From positions 672,001 through 736,000 of the forward strand of contig CBDEUS010000002.1 in NCBI GenBank assembly GCA_965243395.1: a stretch of DNA of 64,000 bases, in the 5' to 3' direction. The position numbers and the translations under genes were made by a program. The DNA comes from Gammaproteobacteria bacterium. Lineage in GTDB: Bacteria > Pseudomonadota > Gammaproteobacteria > UBA4575. The notes beneath the pieces are model-generated. The model had not been told where the DNA came from, ran no database searches, and saw only the letters and a list, made by a program, of their open reading frames with translations. The number at the start of each line of letters is the position of its first letter. Within the stretch, counting starts at the first letter, position 1. Shown piece by piece: positions 28,189-38,965 of the stretch.

Positions 28189-30558
28189 CTATTTTCTTGT
28201 AGCATAATATTCATTTAGTGCTTGATACCATCGATCAAACCCATCAGTTGTTAAAATTAAATCAAAGTTAGCTACTGCTCGTTGAACTTCAATCCAGTCA
28301 ATCATAAATTGATATTGCGCATCCACAGCATCGAGATTTGCAGCTAATGAGGCGTTTTGAGCATCAATCAAATCAGTAATTGAGACAACTCCCTTAGAAT
28401 AGGAGTCGATTACTAAATCCAAGTTTTCTTTTGCAGCTTTCGCAGCATTGTTACTTAAACGTATTCCGGGATAACTACCACTCGCTTGTTGTAGAGCGAT
28501 TAAAATGCGCGATTCAACTTGTTCATAAATATTTTCTTTATTATAAAGACTTTGTTGTAATTCATTACTAGCACTTGAAACAGCAGATTTTCGTGCACCG
28601 CTTGTAAATAATGGCAAACTTGCTTCAACTCCTACAGTCCAATCTTCATCTTCTAATTGCGATGAGTTACTGCCTACTCCGCTGCGATTAATATTTTGAC
28701 CATATTGTGCATTCAAACTTACGTCGGGTATGTAATAGGCGCGTTTTGCCGCTTTTAATCTTCGTTCATTAGAAGCGACAATAAATTCCGCACTTTTCAG
28801 CTCAGGAGCGTTATCTAACGCGCGTTGTACTTCAAATTCAACAAAAGTATTAAAATTTTGCGGGGTATCGAAAAAACGTTTAAATTTTTCACTGTCTAAA
28901 ATAATTAGCTGTTCAGTAATTCCTTCATCCGTTACCGATATTGGCTCGGCTAAGGGCAAATGTAATATTTGTTTTAAAAGAGTTTGTGCTTGTTCGCGTG
29001 TGGATTCTGCTGTGTACAGATTGCGTCTATCGGTTGCAATCTGACTCTGCCAACGAAGGACATCAGCGCGATCTGATGTACCGATTTTTAAACGTGTTTC
29101 AGCTAATTCAAGGTTTGTTTCCGTTACATCTAGATTTGATCTTATTACCTGCTCTGAAGCCATTGCAGACAATAATTCTAGATATGCAGTAGATGAATTA
29201 CTGATGATATCCAAAATGTTTTGACGTAGATTTTCATCCGCTGCATCTCTTAAAAACTTTGCAACAATAAAACCTGTACGTTGAGTTTCTGAATAAATTG
29301 TTTGCGACAAGTTAATCGAACTATCGGTAGTTTGTTCAACTCCAGAAATTCGTGCTGTGTCTTTGTCAATTTGTCGTGAATTGGCTCCAATACTTAACTG
29401 GGGCAATAATTCAGATCTTGTGCTGATTACATCATCTTCGGCTAATTCAAGATCAAGCCTGTCAATTTGTAGTGAAAGATTGGCATCAATCGCCTGTTGA
29501 ATGGCGCTTACCATATTGAAGGATTCACCTTGATTTTCCATACTTTCACGATAGAGGAGGTCAGCTACTTCAAGTAATTCCCATTTAGGAGAAAAGTCTA
29601 TCTCCTTTGCAGTGCGCATATTAATGGCTAGCTTTTCTGGTTGTTCCAGCGCAACTGCAAGATTCGCAGCATCGGTTCCTATCAAAATACTTTGTGTCAA
29701 TAACGCTATTCTTCTTGCATAGCGAAGAGTGTCCAGATCTCGGCCGCTTGAGGTGGCTAAGATACCCATTCTAAGTTCGTTTCTTCCAGTTAATGAGTAA
29801 CTAGGAATTTTTTTCGAAATTAGTCCCTGCGCAAATCGTTTAAACTCATCATTATTGAAGCGTAGTAAAGGCGGGACATAGATAGCATCTATCTTAGACA
29901 TCTCAACTAGTGCTTCATCAAGATTATTTACAATCGGAATAAGTGTGATGTTAAATCCAAGCTCACTTTGGACTTCACGAGTAACTCCGGTCAGTTGAGG
30001 TAAAGAATCTAAAAATAATTTATCGACTACGATTCCGAGATGTTTGAATTCCACTAATTCATAAAAGTTACGTAAATCATCTCCAACTGTGCGGTTGTCA
30101 CTGATATACACATAATTACGTTTACCACTGACACCGGGAGCTTGATAGGGCAGTTCTTGCAGTTCTCGATCAGCAACGATAGGCGCAATAACAGGCTTGT
30201 TTAAATTTTTGATCCGCGAGGCTTGGTGGCTTGATACTAATCCATTGGCGATAATTAAATCTATTGTCGGATCACTAAGAAGATCAGCGAGTTGATTGTT
30301 AATTTCTGTTGCTTGCCAATTACCATGACGAATTTTATCTTTAGGAAAAAAAACATTAAATTCGCCTGCATTTAAATCTTGTACTTCTTTTATGATTTGA
30401 TCGAGAGGTAAAAATTCACGTTTTACAGGTCCATCTAACACTATTCCTACATTGATTGTTTCTGCAGCGATCGAATGACTGGTACTCGTCAAAAATAAAA
30501 TGAAGTAGACAGAGATTATCCACCACAAACATGTTTTACGGATATCGAGTAAATACAT
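28189..30558 (-). CDS. TolC-family outer membrane protein with an N-terminal periplasmic-binding-like domain
   Basis: The C-terminal ~440 aa carry OEP repeats (LLPQLS, YSKGVVSITDLIDAQ). The N-terminal ~330 aa end in LAINMRTAKEI, as in ABC substrate-binding domains. Confidence 0.8.
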   Translation of the reverse strand: MYLLDIRKTCLWWIISVYFILFLTSTSHSIAAETINVGIVLDGPVKREFLPLDQIIKEVQDLNAGEFNVFFPKDKIRHGNWQATEINNQLADLLSDPTIDLIIANGLVSSHQASRIKNLNKPVIAPIVADRELQELPYQAPGVSGKRNYVYISDNRTVGDDLRNFYELVEFKHLGIVVDKLFLDSLPQLTGVTREVQSELGFNITLIPIVNNLDEALVEMSKIDAIYVPPLLRFNNDEFKRFAQGLISKKIPSYSLTGRNELRMGILATSSGRDLDTLRYARRIALLTQSILIGTDAANLAVALEQPEKLAINMRTAKEIDFSPKWELLEVADLLYRESMENQGESFNMVSAIQQAIDANLSLQIDRLDLELAEDDVISTRSELLPQLSIGANSRQIDKDTARISGVEQTTDSSINLSQTIYSETQRTGFIVAKFLRDAADENLRQNILDIISNSSTAYLELLSAMASEQVIRSNLDVTETNLELAETRLKIGTSDRADVLRWQSQIATDRRNLYTAESTREQAQTLLKQILHLPLAEPISVTDEGITEQLIILDSEKFKRFFDTPQNFNTFVEFEVQRALDNAPELKSAEFIVASNERRLKAAKRAYYIPDVSLNAQYGQNINRSGVGSNSSQLEDEDWTVGVEASLPLFTSGARKSAVSSASNELQQSLYNKENIYEQVESRILIALQQASGSYPGIRLSNNAAKAAKENLDLVIDSYSKGVVSITDLIDAQNASLAANLDAVDAQYQFMIDWIEVQRAVANFDLILTTDGFDRWYQALNEYYATRK

Positions 30559-30795
30559 TATTTTTATTATGCCTAATAACGATTAAAGAAGTTGTCAAAG
30601 ATTTTGAAAGTATAATGAAACAATGTCTGAACGATGGCAATTGCTGAGCATGATCAAAGTGATTAGAGGATTGCCTTAATTTGGTGCGGGTACCGTGTTT
30701 TTATCAGTTTTAAGAAACACTATTTATAGTCTAAAGCCAATAAAATTACTGATCTGTAGCATTTAATCAAATATCAGATACATTAGAATTTAGTC

Positions 30796-31320
30796 ATGAA
30801 TGACGCAAATCCAGAAGACCAAAATAAGCAAATCGGCAAAGGCATGATTATCATAGCCTGGGTGTTGATTTTTGGCATGCTCGTCTGGTTTTTTGGGATT
30901 TTGGAAACCAACAAACGTAATCCTAATCAAAATGTCGCCACTACGATTTCAACTACTGGTGAAAAAGAAGTCGTATTACAAAGCAGCAGTTATGGTCACT
31001 ATATAGCTAACGGAAAAATAAATAATAAAGAAGTAACGTTTCTGATTGATACCGGTGCGAGCTATGTATCGGTACCGGAAAGGGTCGCCAATAAAATCGG
31101 ACTAAAAAAAGGTGCTCCAATGTTGGTTTCAACAGCTAATGGTACCGTTGAAGTTTATGTAACCATCTTAAGTGAAATCAGCTTGGGAGAAATAAAACTC
31201 TATGATGTAAAAGCGGATATCAATCCACATATGGATGGCGACGAGATCTTATTGGGCATGTCTTTTTTACGTGGCTTATCAGTTACACATGAAGGTGAAC
31301 AACTGACAATCCGACAGTAA
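30796..31320 (+). CDS. Clan AA (retropepsin-like) aspartic protease, TIGR02281 type
   Basis: GHY, FLIDTGAS, TANG and LLGMSFL with an N-terminal TM. Confidence 0.9.
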   Translation: MNDANPEDQNKQIGKGMIIIAWVLIFGMLVWFFGILETNKRNPNQNVATTISTTGEKEVVLQSSSYGHYIANGKINNKEVTFLIDTGASYVSVPERVANKIGLKKGAPMLVSTANGTVEVYVTILSEISLGEIKLYDVKADINPHMDGDEILLGMSFLRGLSVTHEGEQLTIRQ

Positions 31321-31481
31321 GTAATACTGATTTTATTACTACAACTAATCCTATCTTATTGATTTTAAGCACAATTAGTCATTTATAAAATAGATTACTA
31401 TATTGTTTTTAATTCAATTTACTAATTGATAAAAATTGCGCATATTTACTCTTATATCAAGTAGTACTTAAGGGTTTTATT

Positions 31482-31952
31482 ATGAATGCAATAGATATAG
31501 GTATTGAAGAAAAAGATCGAGTGAAGGTTGCAGAAGGGCTCAAGCACTTGCTTGCCGATTCTTACACGTTATATCTACAAACACATAACTTTCATTGGAA
31601 CGTAACAGGCCCACAATTTGCAGAATTGCATGTGATGTTTGAAGAACATTACACAGAATTAGCCACTGCTGTGGATGAAATAGCAGAAAGGATTCGAACT
31701 CTTGATGTTGCAGCTCCTGGTACTTATAAAGAGTTTGCTAAATTAAGCAGTATAGAAGAAGTGGATGGTGTTCCCGCAGCCAATGAAATGGTTGATTTGC
31801 TTAAGAGTGGGCACGAGAAAGTTGTAAAAACATGTCGTACAGTACTAAACGTGGCCCAGGATGCCGATGATGAGTCAACGCTTGCATTAGTGTCCGATCG
31901 CATGCGAATTCATGAAAAAACGGCATGGATGTTACGGGCAATCAATTCTTAA
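31482..31952 (+). CDS. dps: DNA starvation/stationary phase protection protein Dps
   Basis: [24 protein letters not shown] and HEKTAWML. Confidence 0.95.
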   Translation: MNAIDIGIEEKDRVKVAEGLKHLLADSYTLYLQTHNFHWNVTGPQFAELHVMFEEHYTELATAVDEIAERIRTLDVAAPGTYKEFAKLSSIEEVDGVPAANEMVDLLKSGHEKVVKTCRTVLNVAQDADDESTLALVSDRMRIHEKTAWMLRAINS

Positions 31953-31976
31953 ATCGATAAGAAGGATGAGCTGATT

Positions 31977-32414
31977 ATGATTAAAAATTTAATGACGAAT
32001 GTAATAATTCTTTTGTCCATGACTTGTATAGCATCAGTCTATGCAGATGAAACTTTAATTTCAGAAGCCCCCGATGGTGCAAAAGTTTATTTTATTGAGC
32101 CTCAAAATGGTGACACGGTCTCACAAACATTTACGGTTAAATTTGGTTTGTCAGGTATGGGAGTTGCGCCAGCGGGTGTAGATCGAGAACATACTGGACA
32201 CCATCATATTTTGGTTAATGTTGATGAGCTGCCTGCTATGGATAAACCGTTACCTGCGAATGACAATGTTATTCATTTTGGTGGAGGGCAAACAGAAGCG
32301 GAACTTACTTTAGCTCCGGGCAAGCATACACTTCAACTGCTGTTAGGCAATTATGTGCATATACCACATAGCCAGCCTGTTATTTCAGAAAAAATAACAA
32401 TTAATGTCGAATAA
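31977..32414 (+). CDS. DUF4399 exported protein
   Basis: VYFIEP, TGHHH, HFGGGQTE and GKHTLQL. Confidence 0.82.
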   Translation: MIKNLMTNVIILLSMTCIASVYADETLISEAPDGAKVYFIEPQNGDTVSQTFTVKFGLSGMGVAPAGVDREHTGHHHILVNVDELPAMDKPLPANDNVIHFGGGQTEAELTLAPGKHTLQLLLGNYVHIPHSQPVISEKITINVE

Positions 32415-32419
32415 AAAAT

Positions 32420-33682
32420 TTAAATTGTAAAGCTTGTGTTTAAAATTTTAGGTACTTGAATATTTTTTAATTGAATATACCTAGGCAAGCCTTCACGGTA
32501 AGGTGGATACGCTTCGCCCTTAATAAGAGGTGCTAGATAAGTGCGGCAACGTTGTGTAATTCCAAAACCGTCTTTGCTGATGTAACTGCGCGGCATCATT
32601 TTTTCCACATTTGCAACTTTAGCTAGAGATGTACTACCAATTTTCCATTTATAAGGTTTATTAGAAGTACGAACAATTGTGGGCATGACGGCAGTTTTAC
32701 CTTGCAAAGCAAATTGAACTGCAGCTTTGCCCATTGCATAGGCATGGTCAACATCTGTTTTGGAAGCGATATGTCGCGCTGCACGCTGTAAATAGTCTGC
32801 AACTGCCCAGTGATATTTATAGCCATGTTCTTGTTTAACCATATTTGCAATCACAGGAGCTACACCCCCTAATTGTTTATGCCCAAATGCATCTACACTG
32901 CCAGCATCCGCTAAGAATGTACCGTCTTCGTAACGCGCACCTTCAGAAACGCATATCACACAGAAGCCATATTGTTCTACACAGTCTTTCACGCGACTCA
33001 GAAATGCTTTTTGATCAAAAGCAATTTCAGGGAAAAGAATGATATGTGGTGCATCTCCTTTTTGTTCAGCGGCTAAACCGCTAGAAGCAGCAATCCAGCC
33101 TGCGTGGCGTCCCATCACTTCCATTACAAATACCTTGGTAGATGTTTCAGCCATTGATTTCACATCAAAGGCGGCCTCTTTGATCGAAACAGCCACATAT
33201 TTTGCAACGGATCCAAATCCAGGACAGTTGTCTGTAATCGGTAAATCATTATCAACCGTTTTGGGGATACCAATGCACTGAATGGGATAACCCATTTTTT
33301 TACTCAACTGTGAAACTTTATGCGAGGTATCTTGTGAATCACCACCACCATTATAGAAAAAGTAGCCAATATTATGGGCTTTGAAAACATCAATTAATCG
33401 CTCATATTGGGCTCGATTTTCCTCAATACTTTTTAATTTATACCGACAAGAACCGAATGCACCAGAAGGAGTATGTTTCAATGCCGCGATTGCGCTGGCA
33501 GATTCTTTTGAAGTATCGATTAAGTCTTCTGTTAATGCGCCGATAATGCCATTACGGCCAGCATAGACTTTGGCAATTTTATTTTTATGTTTACGAGCGG
33601 TTTCAATCACACCACAGGCGGTAGCGTTGATGACGGCGGTGACCCCACCAGATTGTGCATAAAAAGCGTTACGTTTTTCCAT
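32420..33682 (-). CDS. pfp: Pyrophosphate-dependent 6-phosphofructokinase
   Basis: QSGG, NGGGDS (Asp indicates PPi use), PKTVDND and MGRHAGW. Confidence 0.88.
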   Translation of the reverse strand: MEKRNAFYAQSGGVTAVINATACGVIETARKHKNKIAKVYAGRNGIIGALTEDLIDTSKESASAIAALKHTPSGAFGSCRYKLKSIEENRAQYERLIDVFKAHNIGYFFYNGGGDSQDTSHKVSQLSKKMGYPIQCIGIPKTVDNDLPITDNCPGFGSVAKYVAVSIKEAAFDVKSMAETSTKVFVMEVMGRHAGWIAASSGLAAEQKGDAPHIILFPEIAFDQKAFLSRVKDCVEQYGFCVICVSEGARYEDGTFLADAGSVDAFGHKQLGGVAPVIANMVKQEHGYKYHWAVADYLQRAARHIASKTDVDHAYAMGKAAVQFALQGKTAVMPTIVRTSNKPYKWKIGSTSLAKVANVEKMMPRSYISKDGFGITQRCRTYLAPLIKGEAYPPYREGLPRYIQLKNIQVPKILNTSFTI

Positions 33683-33757
33683 AATGGTTATTATCTAGAG
33701 TTATTGTTAATAATTTATTTTCTTATAGGCACATTAAATATTCATACGTCGGTTTAG

Positions 33758-34821
<1,064 letters not shown>

Positions 34822-34876
34822 AGAATGCAAATGTACACGATTATGTACTTGCTACAATTTTGAGTCTTATAACTGA

Positions 34877-35434
34877 TTAAGTTCTAAATTCCTGCACATT
34901 CCAACTAGCAATACTTGTTTGTATGCGCAAACATGAAACCCCGTGTTTTTGTACACGTGTTGCGCCTGCTGCACCGGGATTAAGCACCCAAGGTTCTTGA
35001 TCTTGATCGCAAACCAGTCTGTGGCTGTGCCCATAAATTATTGCTTTTGAGCTTGGGTAAGTAGCTCGTAGTTTTGCATGCCAATCGTCATAATCAGAAA
35101 AAAATTCGTCACCGTGAGTGATCGAAATTATCCCTCCGGGTAGTGAGATTTCTGCTGTGAGAGGAATTTTATTTAATTCTTCGTGTTCAGCAATATCCCA
35201 CTGTCCTGTGGTGTCGTTGTTCCCACAAACACTGATTACTTCATTAGTGATCTGATTCAATTGATTGAGCACACTCATTGAACCTATATCTCCGGCATGC
35301 AGAACTAAGTCGCACCCAACAAGGTGTTTAATTATAGAGGGATCGATAAAACTGTGTGTATCTGATAGTACTCCAATCTCAGCTTGTTCATAAGAACTGA
35401 AATCAAAGTGTTGTTGGTTTGTTTGCTTATCCAT
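34877..35434 (-). CDS. YfcE-type metallophosphoesterase
   Basis: SDTH, HAGD, GNND, THG, GHSH and NPG motifs. Confidence 0.9.
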   Translation of the reverse strand: MDKQTNQQHFDFSSYEQAEIGVLSDTHSFIDPSIIKHLVGCDLVLHAGDIGSMSVLNQLNQITNEVISVCGNNDTTGQWDIAEHEELNKIPLTAEISLPGGIISITHGDEFFSDYDDWHAKLRATYPSSKAIIYGHSHRLVCDQDQEPWVLNPGAAGATRVQKHGVSCLRIQTSIASWNVQEFRT

Positions 35435-35494
35435 AAAAGTACTTTAGTAGATTCTTAAAGCACCCAGCAATATTGCTATGCAGATATAAACTAT

Positions 35495-36280
35495 TTAATT
35501 TCTAATCCAACCAATTTCTTTTGCTGTTTTATCACCAACTACGCAAACCTTAAGACTGCTTGCCATTCTCGATTGTGTTTTACTTTCAGCAACAGTGCCT
35601 GCCATTATTTCTGCATGTCTTTGTGGATAAGTTGGAATACGGCCAGGTTCTCCCAATCCATCAGGAGGAATGGGATTGCCACTCGAATCATATTTATCTG
35701 TAGCACCTACGGTATGCAATAGCTCATGAGCAATTACAACATTATTTTGTTTAGCTTGGGACTTACTCGCAAAGGCATGAACAATACCCAGTAAACCTTT
35801 TTGAATCCCGAGAGAGTGCTCGAGTTTTTGATTGGGTTTAGCTTCATGATAAAGCACGAAGATTCGTACACGATGCTTGTTAGATTTATCATCAGGGGTG
35901 TTTTGCATTGCCCACCAGCGTAATTTTATACTCCAGAATGCAATGGCAATTGGATTAGCATTTAAACCAGGTGGCTTGGGAGGATGAGACTCTACAACAG
36001 CACCTAATATCGTAGATGTTGGCGTTGAACTCACCACATCAAATTTTTCGCTTTCACGCTTTATAAACTTATCAATGCCTGCAAAATTCTTTGTGCTGAG
36101 TTTTTCAATATAATCATCTGTAATTGCACTATCGTCTGCATTGATAGGAAATATCACAACTTCTAAAGGTTTATACCACCCTTGAGTTACTAAGCGCTGA
36201 TCTTGGGTATATAGCAGGACTGTGCCTAATAAAATAATTAATATCAGGATTCTGAAATTTTTAAAGGTAAAAATACGCAT
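35495..36280 (-). CDS. Membrane-anchored putative zinc metallopeptidase-like protein
   Basis: AHELLHTVGATD (HExxHxxGxxD) plus a downstream EIMAG Met-turn-like motif. Confidence 0.6.
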   Translation of the reverse strand: MRIFTFKNFRILILIILLGTVLLYTQDQRLVTQGWYKPLEVVIFPINADDSAITDDYIEKLSTKNFAGIDKFIKRESEKFDVVSSTPTSTILGAVVESHPPKPPGLNANPIAIAFWSIKLRWWAMQNTPDDKSNKHRVRIFVLYHEAKPNQKLEHSLGIQKGLLGIVHAFASKSQAKQNNVVIAHELLHTVGATDKYDSSGNPIPPDGLGEPGRIPTYPQRHAEIMAGTVAESKTQSRMASSLKVCVVGDKTAKEIGWIRN

Positions 36281-36370
36281 TTGTAAAGCATAAGATTTAT
36301 ACTTGCCAGCTCAACTAAACTTAGATTACTGGTAATAATTAAAAGCCATCTGGTATTCATTCTTTAAAAC

Positions 36371-37432
36371 ATGATACATCGCATAAGTCTTAAATCCGGA
36401 AAATATAGTTTTACCGCAGAAGAGCATGAATCGATTTTAGATGCTGCAATACGTGCCGGTGTGCCACTTAATTATGGCTGTAGCAATGGCAATTGTGGCT
36501 TGTGTAAGGCACAAGTAGTTTCCGGTGATGTATCTCAATTGCGTAAACATGATTTTGTTATTGGTGAAGCAGATAAAATTCAAGGCCATGCTTTGATGTG
36601 TTCAACTGCATGCAAAAGTGATCTCGTCATAGATGCAGGAGTTGCCGCAACTGTGAGTGATATTCCTGTACAGGAACTTCGCGTTAAAGTACGCAAGATT
36701 GACCAGATCAGTAACGATTTAGCCATTATTACTCTACAAGTTCCTCGTAGTGTACGACTGCGTTTTATGGCAGGACAATACATGCGAGTTTATGATGATG
36801 AACAGCGATCTCATGAATATGCTATTGCGAGTTGCCCCTGCGATGAAAAACGTATTGAGTTTCACGTTCGTAAACTTGATGATGATGCGTTCTCTAATAT
36901 GGTGTTTAAGCAACTGAGCGTCGGTGATTGGTTAAATATTCAAGGTCCTTACGGTAATTTTGTCGTAGATGATAGTAGTGATGCACCAATGGTTATTATT
37001 GCGTTTGACACAGGTTTTGCTGCGATAAAAAGTTTGCTTGAACATACTACTGCACAAGAAAAAGAGCGTGAAATTTATTTATATTGGTTAGCGTGCGGGT
37101 CTGAAGGTTTGTACTTGGACAATCTGTGCAGGTCATGGGATGACGCATTGGATGAGCTCAATTATGTGCCATTACATATGCAACGAGGTATTAATGAAAT
37201 TCTGGATAGTGAATATGAAGGGATGTGTCATATTGAAGATAAGATCACTTCGTCTTTGCATTATATAGAGCATATAAAGAATGCAGAAGTGTATTTGGTT
37301 TCGCCTGAACCTGTAGCCAAACTTGTCGAGCAGCTACTTATTGGGAAAGGTTTTCAACAAAAACATATTCATCATGAGATTATACGTGGCAACCCGAATT
37401 TAAAATGTATCCACCCTGATGCGAAAATATGA
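36371..37432 (+). CDS. [2Fe-2S]-ferredoxin/FAD/NAD(P) oxidoreductase (AscD/phenol-hydroxylase reductase-like)
   Basis: CSNGNCGLC…C plant-type ferredoxin domain, then AGQY, GPYG and DTGFAAI. Confidence 0.85.
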   Translation: MIHRISLKSGKYSFTAEEHESILDAAIRAGVPLNYGCSNGNCGLCKAQVVSGDVSQLRKHDFVIGEADKIQGHALMCSTACKSDLVIDAGVAATVSDIPVQELRVKVRKIDQISNDLAIITLQVPRSVRLRFMAGQYMRVYDDEQRSHEYAIASCPCDEKRIEFHVRKLDDDAFSNMVFKQLSVGDWLNIQGPYGNFVVDDSSDAPMVIIAFDTGFAAIKSLLEHTTAQEKEREIYLYWLACGSEGLYLDNLCRSWDDALDELNYVPLHMQRGINEILDSEYEGMCHIEDKITSSLHYIEHIKNAEVYLVSPEPVAKLVEQLLIGKGFQQKHIHHEIIRGNPNLKCIHPDAKI

Positions 37433-37857
37433 TTGATTGCAAATGTTGTTTCAGTATTACTTTGATTACAGAAGATTTTTCATGTGAACATGCGCAATTA
37501 GTGACGAGGCGTGCAGGACCTGATATTGCATGTCAATCAGAACAGGGAAGTAATGATTGTAAACACGTCTATGAAAAACTTAAATCTGTAGGGTTGCCTG
37601 CCTTTGATGCTGAAGATGATTTACTTGAAACTCCAGCCAGTGTTTTTACTAAAATACAGTTTGGCGGATTATTGAGTTTGCAAAAGTATGTAACAGAAAG
37701 CGAACACCAATCAGAGAGTGTTGAGAATATTTATCAACTAATACAGCAGGTCATGTTAAAAGAGCAAGTAGAAAAAAGTTTAAATTATCAAGATGCAGTA
37801 GATGATATAACGGCTTTTAAATTAAAGCGTCATAAGAATAGAAAAAAGTTAAAATAA
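37429..37857 (+). CDS. Hypothetical 4-Cys protein, paralogue of 3078-3533
   Basis: Same Cys spacing and KIQFGGLLSLQK; ATGA overlap with the reductase. Confidence 0.75.
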   Translation: MIDCKCCFSITLITEDFSCEHAQLVTRRAGPDIACQSEQGSNDCKHVYEKLKSVGLPAFDAEDDLLETPASVFTKIQFGGLLSLQKYVTESEHQSESVENIYQLIQQVMLKEQVEKSLNYQDAVDDITAFKLKRHKNRKKLK

Positions 37858-37887
37858 AATATAATTGATTATTGATTTGGAGAATTC

Positions 37888-38742
37888 ATGAGCTTTGAAA
37901 CGATTATTTCTGTTGCAGAGTTAAATAATAATTTAACTAACAAGGATTGGTTTGTGTTTGATTGTCGCTTTTTGCTCAAAGATCCTGCAGGTGGACTAAA
38001 AAAATTTAATCAAGGCCATATTCCAGGTGCACAATTTGCTGATATGGACAAAGATTTATCATCAGCGGCTACACCTACATCAGGACGACATCCATTACCC
38101 GAGCCAAATGAGCTCATTGTAAAGTTGCAAAACTGGGGTGTTAACAATTCTTCTCAAATTATTTGTTATGACGATATATCTGGTGCATTTGCTGCACGCA
38201 TGTGGTGGTTATTAAAGTGGTTAGGTCATTCTCATGTTGCTGTTTTAGACGGAGGCATTGATAAATGGACTGCTAATGGATTAGCACTTGATACACAAGT
38301 GCAAACCCGAAGCAAAGGATTATTTAGTGGAACACCAAATTCCGAAATGTGGGTGGACATTGATTTTGTACAACAACAACTAGAGCAAGACAACATTAAT
38401 TTGTTAGATGCACGATCAAGCGAGAGATTTACTGCAAAAGATGTAGAAACAGATCCAGTGCCTGGTCATATTCCCGGTGCAATAAATTTTCCATTTTCTG
38501 GAAACGTATCAAAGCAAGGTGAGTTTTTATCGACAAATGAATTACAAAAACGCTTTGCGGAAATGTTTACCGGAGATAATGGTAAAGAAGTTGTTAATAT
38601 GTGCGGTTCAGGCGTTACTGCCTGCCACAATCTGCTCGCAATGAATATTGCAGGCTTGCCTATGACACGTTTGTATGTAGGTTCCTGGAGCGAATGGATT
38701 AAGGAAAAAAGCCGACCAGTGGCAACTGGAGAAAGCTCATAA
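37888..38742 (+). CDS. sseA: Double-domain rhodanese / 3-mercaptopyruvate sulfurtransferase
   Basis: GHIPGA twice, GRHPLP, active site CGSGVTA and YVGSWSEW. Confidence 0.9.
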   Translation: MSFETIISVAELNNNLTNKDWFVFDCRFLLKDPAGGLKKFNQGHIPGAQFADMDKDLSSAATPTSGRHPLPEPNELIVKLQNWGVNNSSQIICYDDISGAFAARMWWLLKWLGHSHVAVLDGGIDKWTANGLALDTQVQTRSKGLFSGTPNSEMWVDIDFVQQQLEQDNINLLDARSSERFTAKDVETDPVPGHIPGAINFPFSGNVSKQGEFLSTNELQKRFAEMFTGDNGKEVVNMCGSGVTACHNLLAMNIAGLPMTRLYVGSWSEWIKEKSRPVATGESS

Positions 38743-38965
38743 ATTAATTGATTGACTGCCCAATAAGTGTGCGTATGCCACTGAATTACAATTAAATTCT
38801 GTTTTATCACGCATCTATACCCGCCTATAGCCTAGATTCTAGAGATTGTTCACAAAGCCAACTACTATTTTAAGGGTATAAGGTGTTCTGCATTGTTATC
38901 AATGCCGGACATTAATTGCACCCTTAACAAATTAGGCTGGTCTTATTTCTCAAGCAAGTCCCAAA

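Noticed and set aside
31385-31430. OxyR/Fur-like site upstream of dps
   Set aside because: Only a weak partial match in very AT-rich DNA; not distinguishable from chance by eye.
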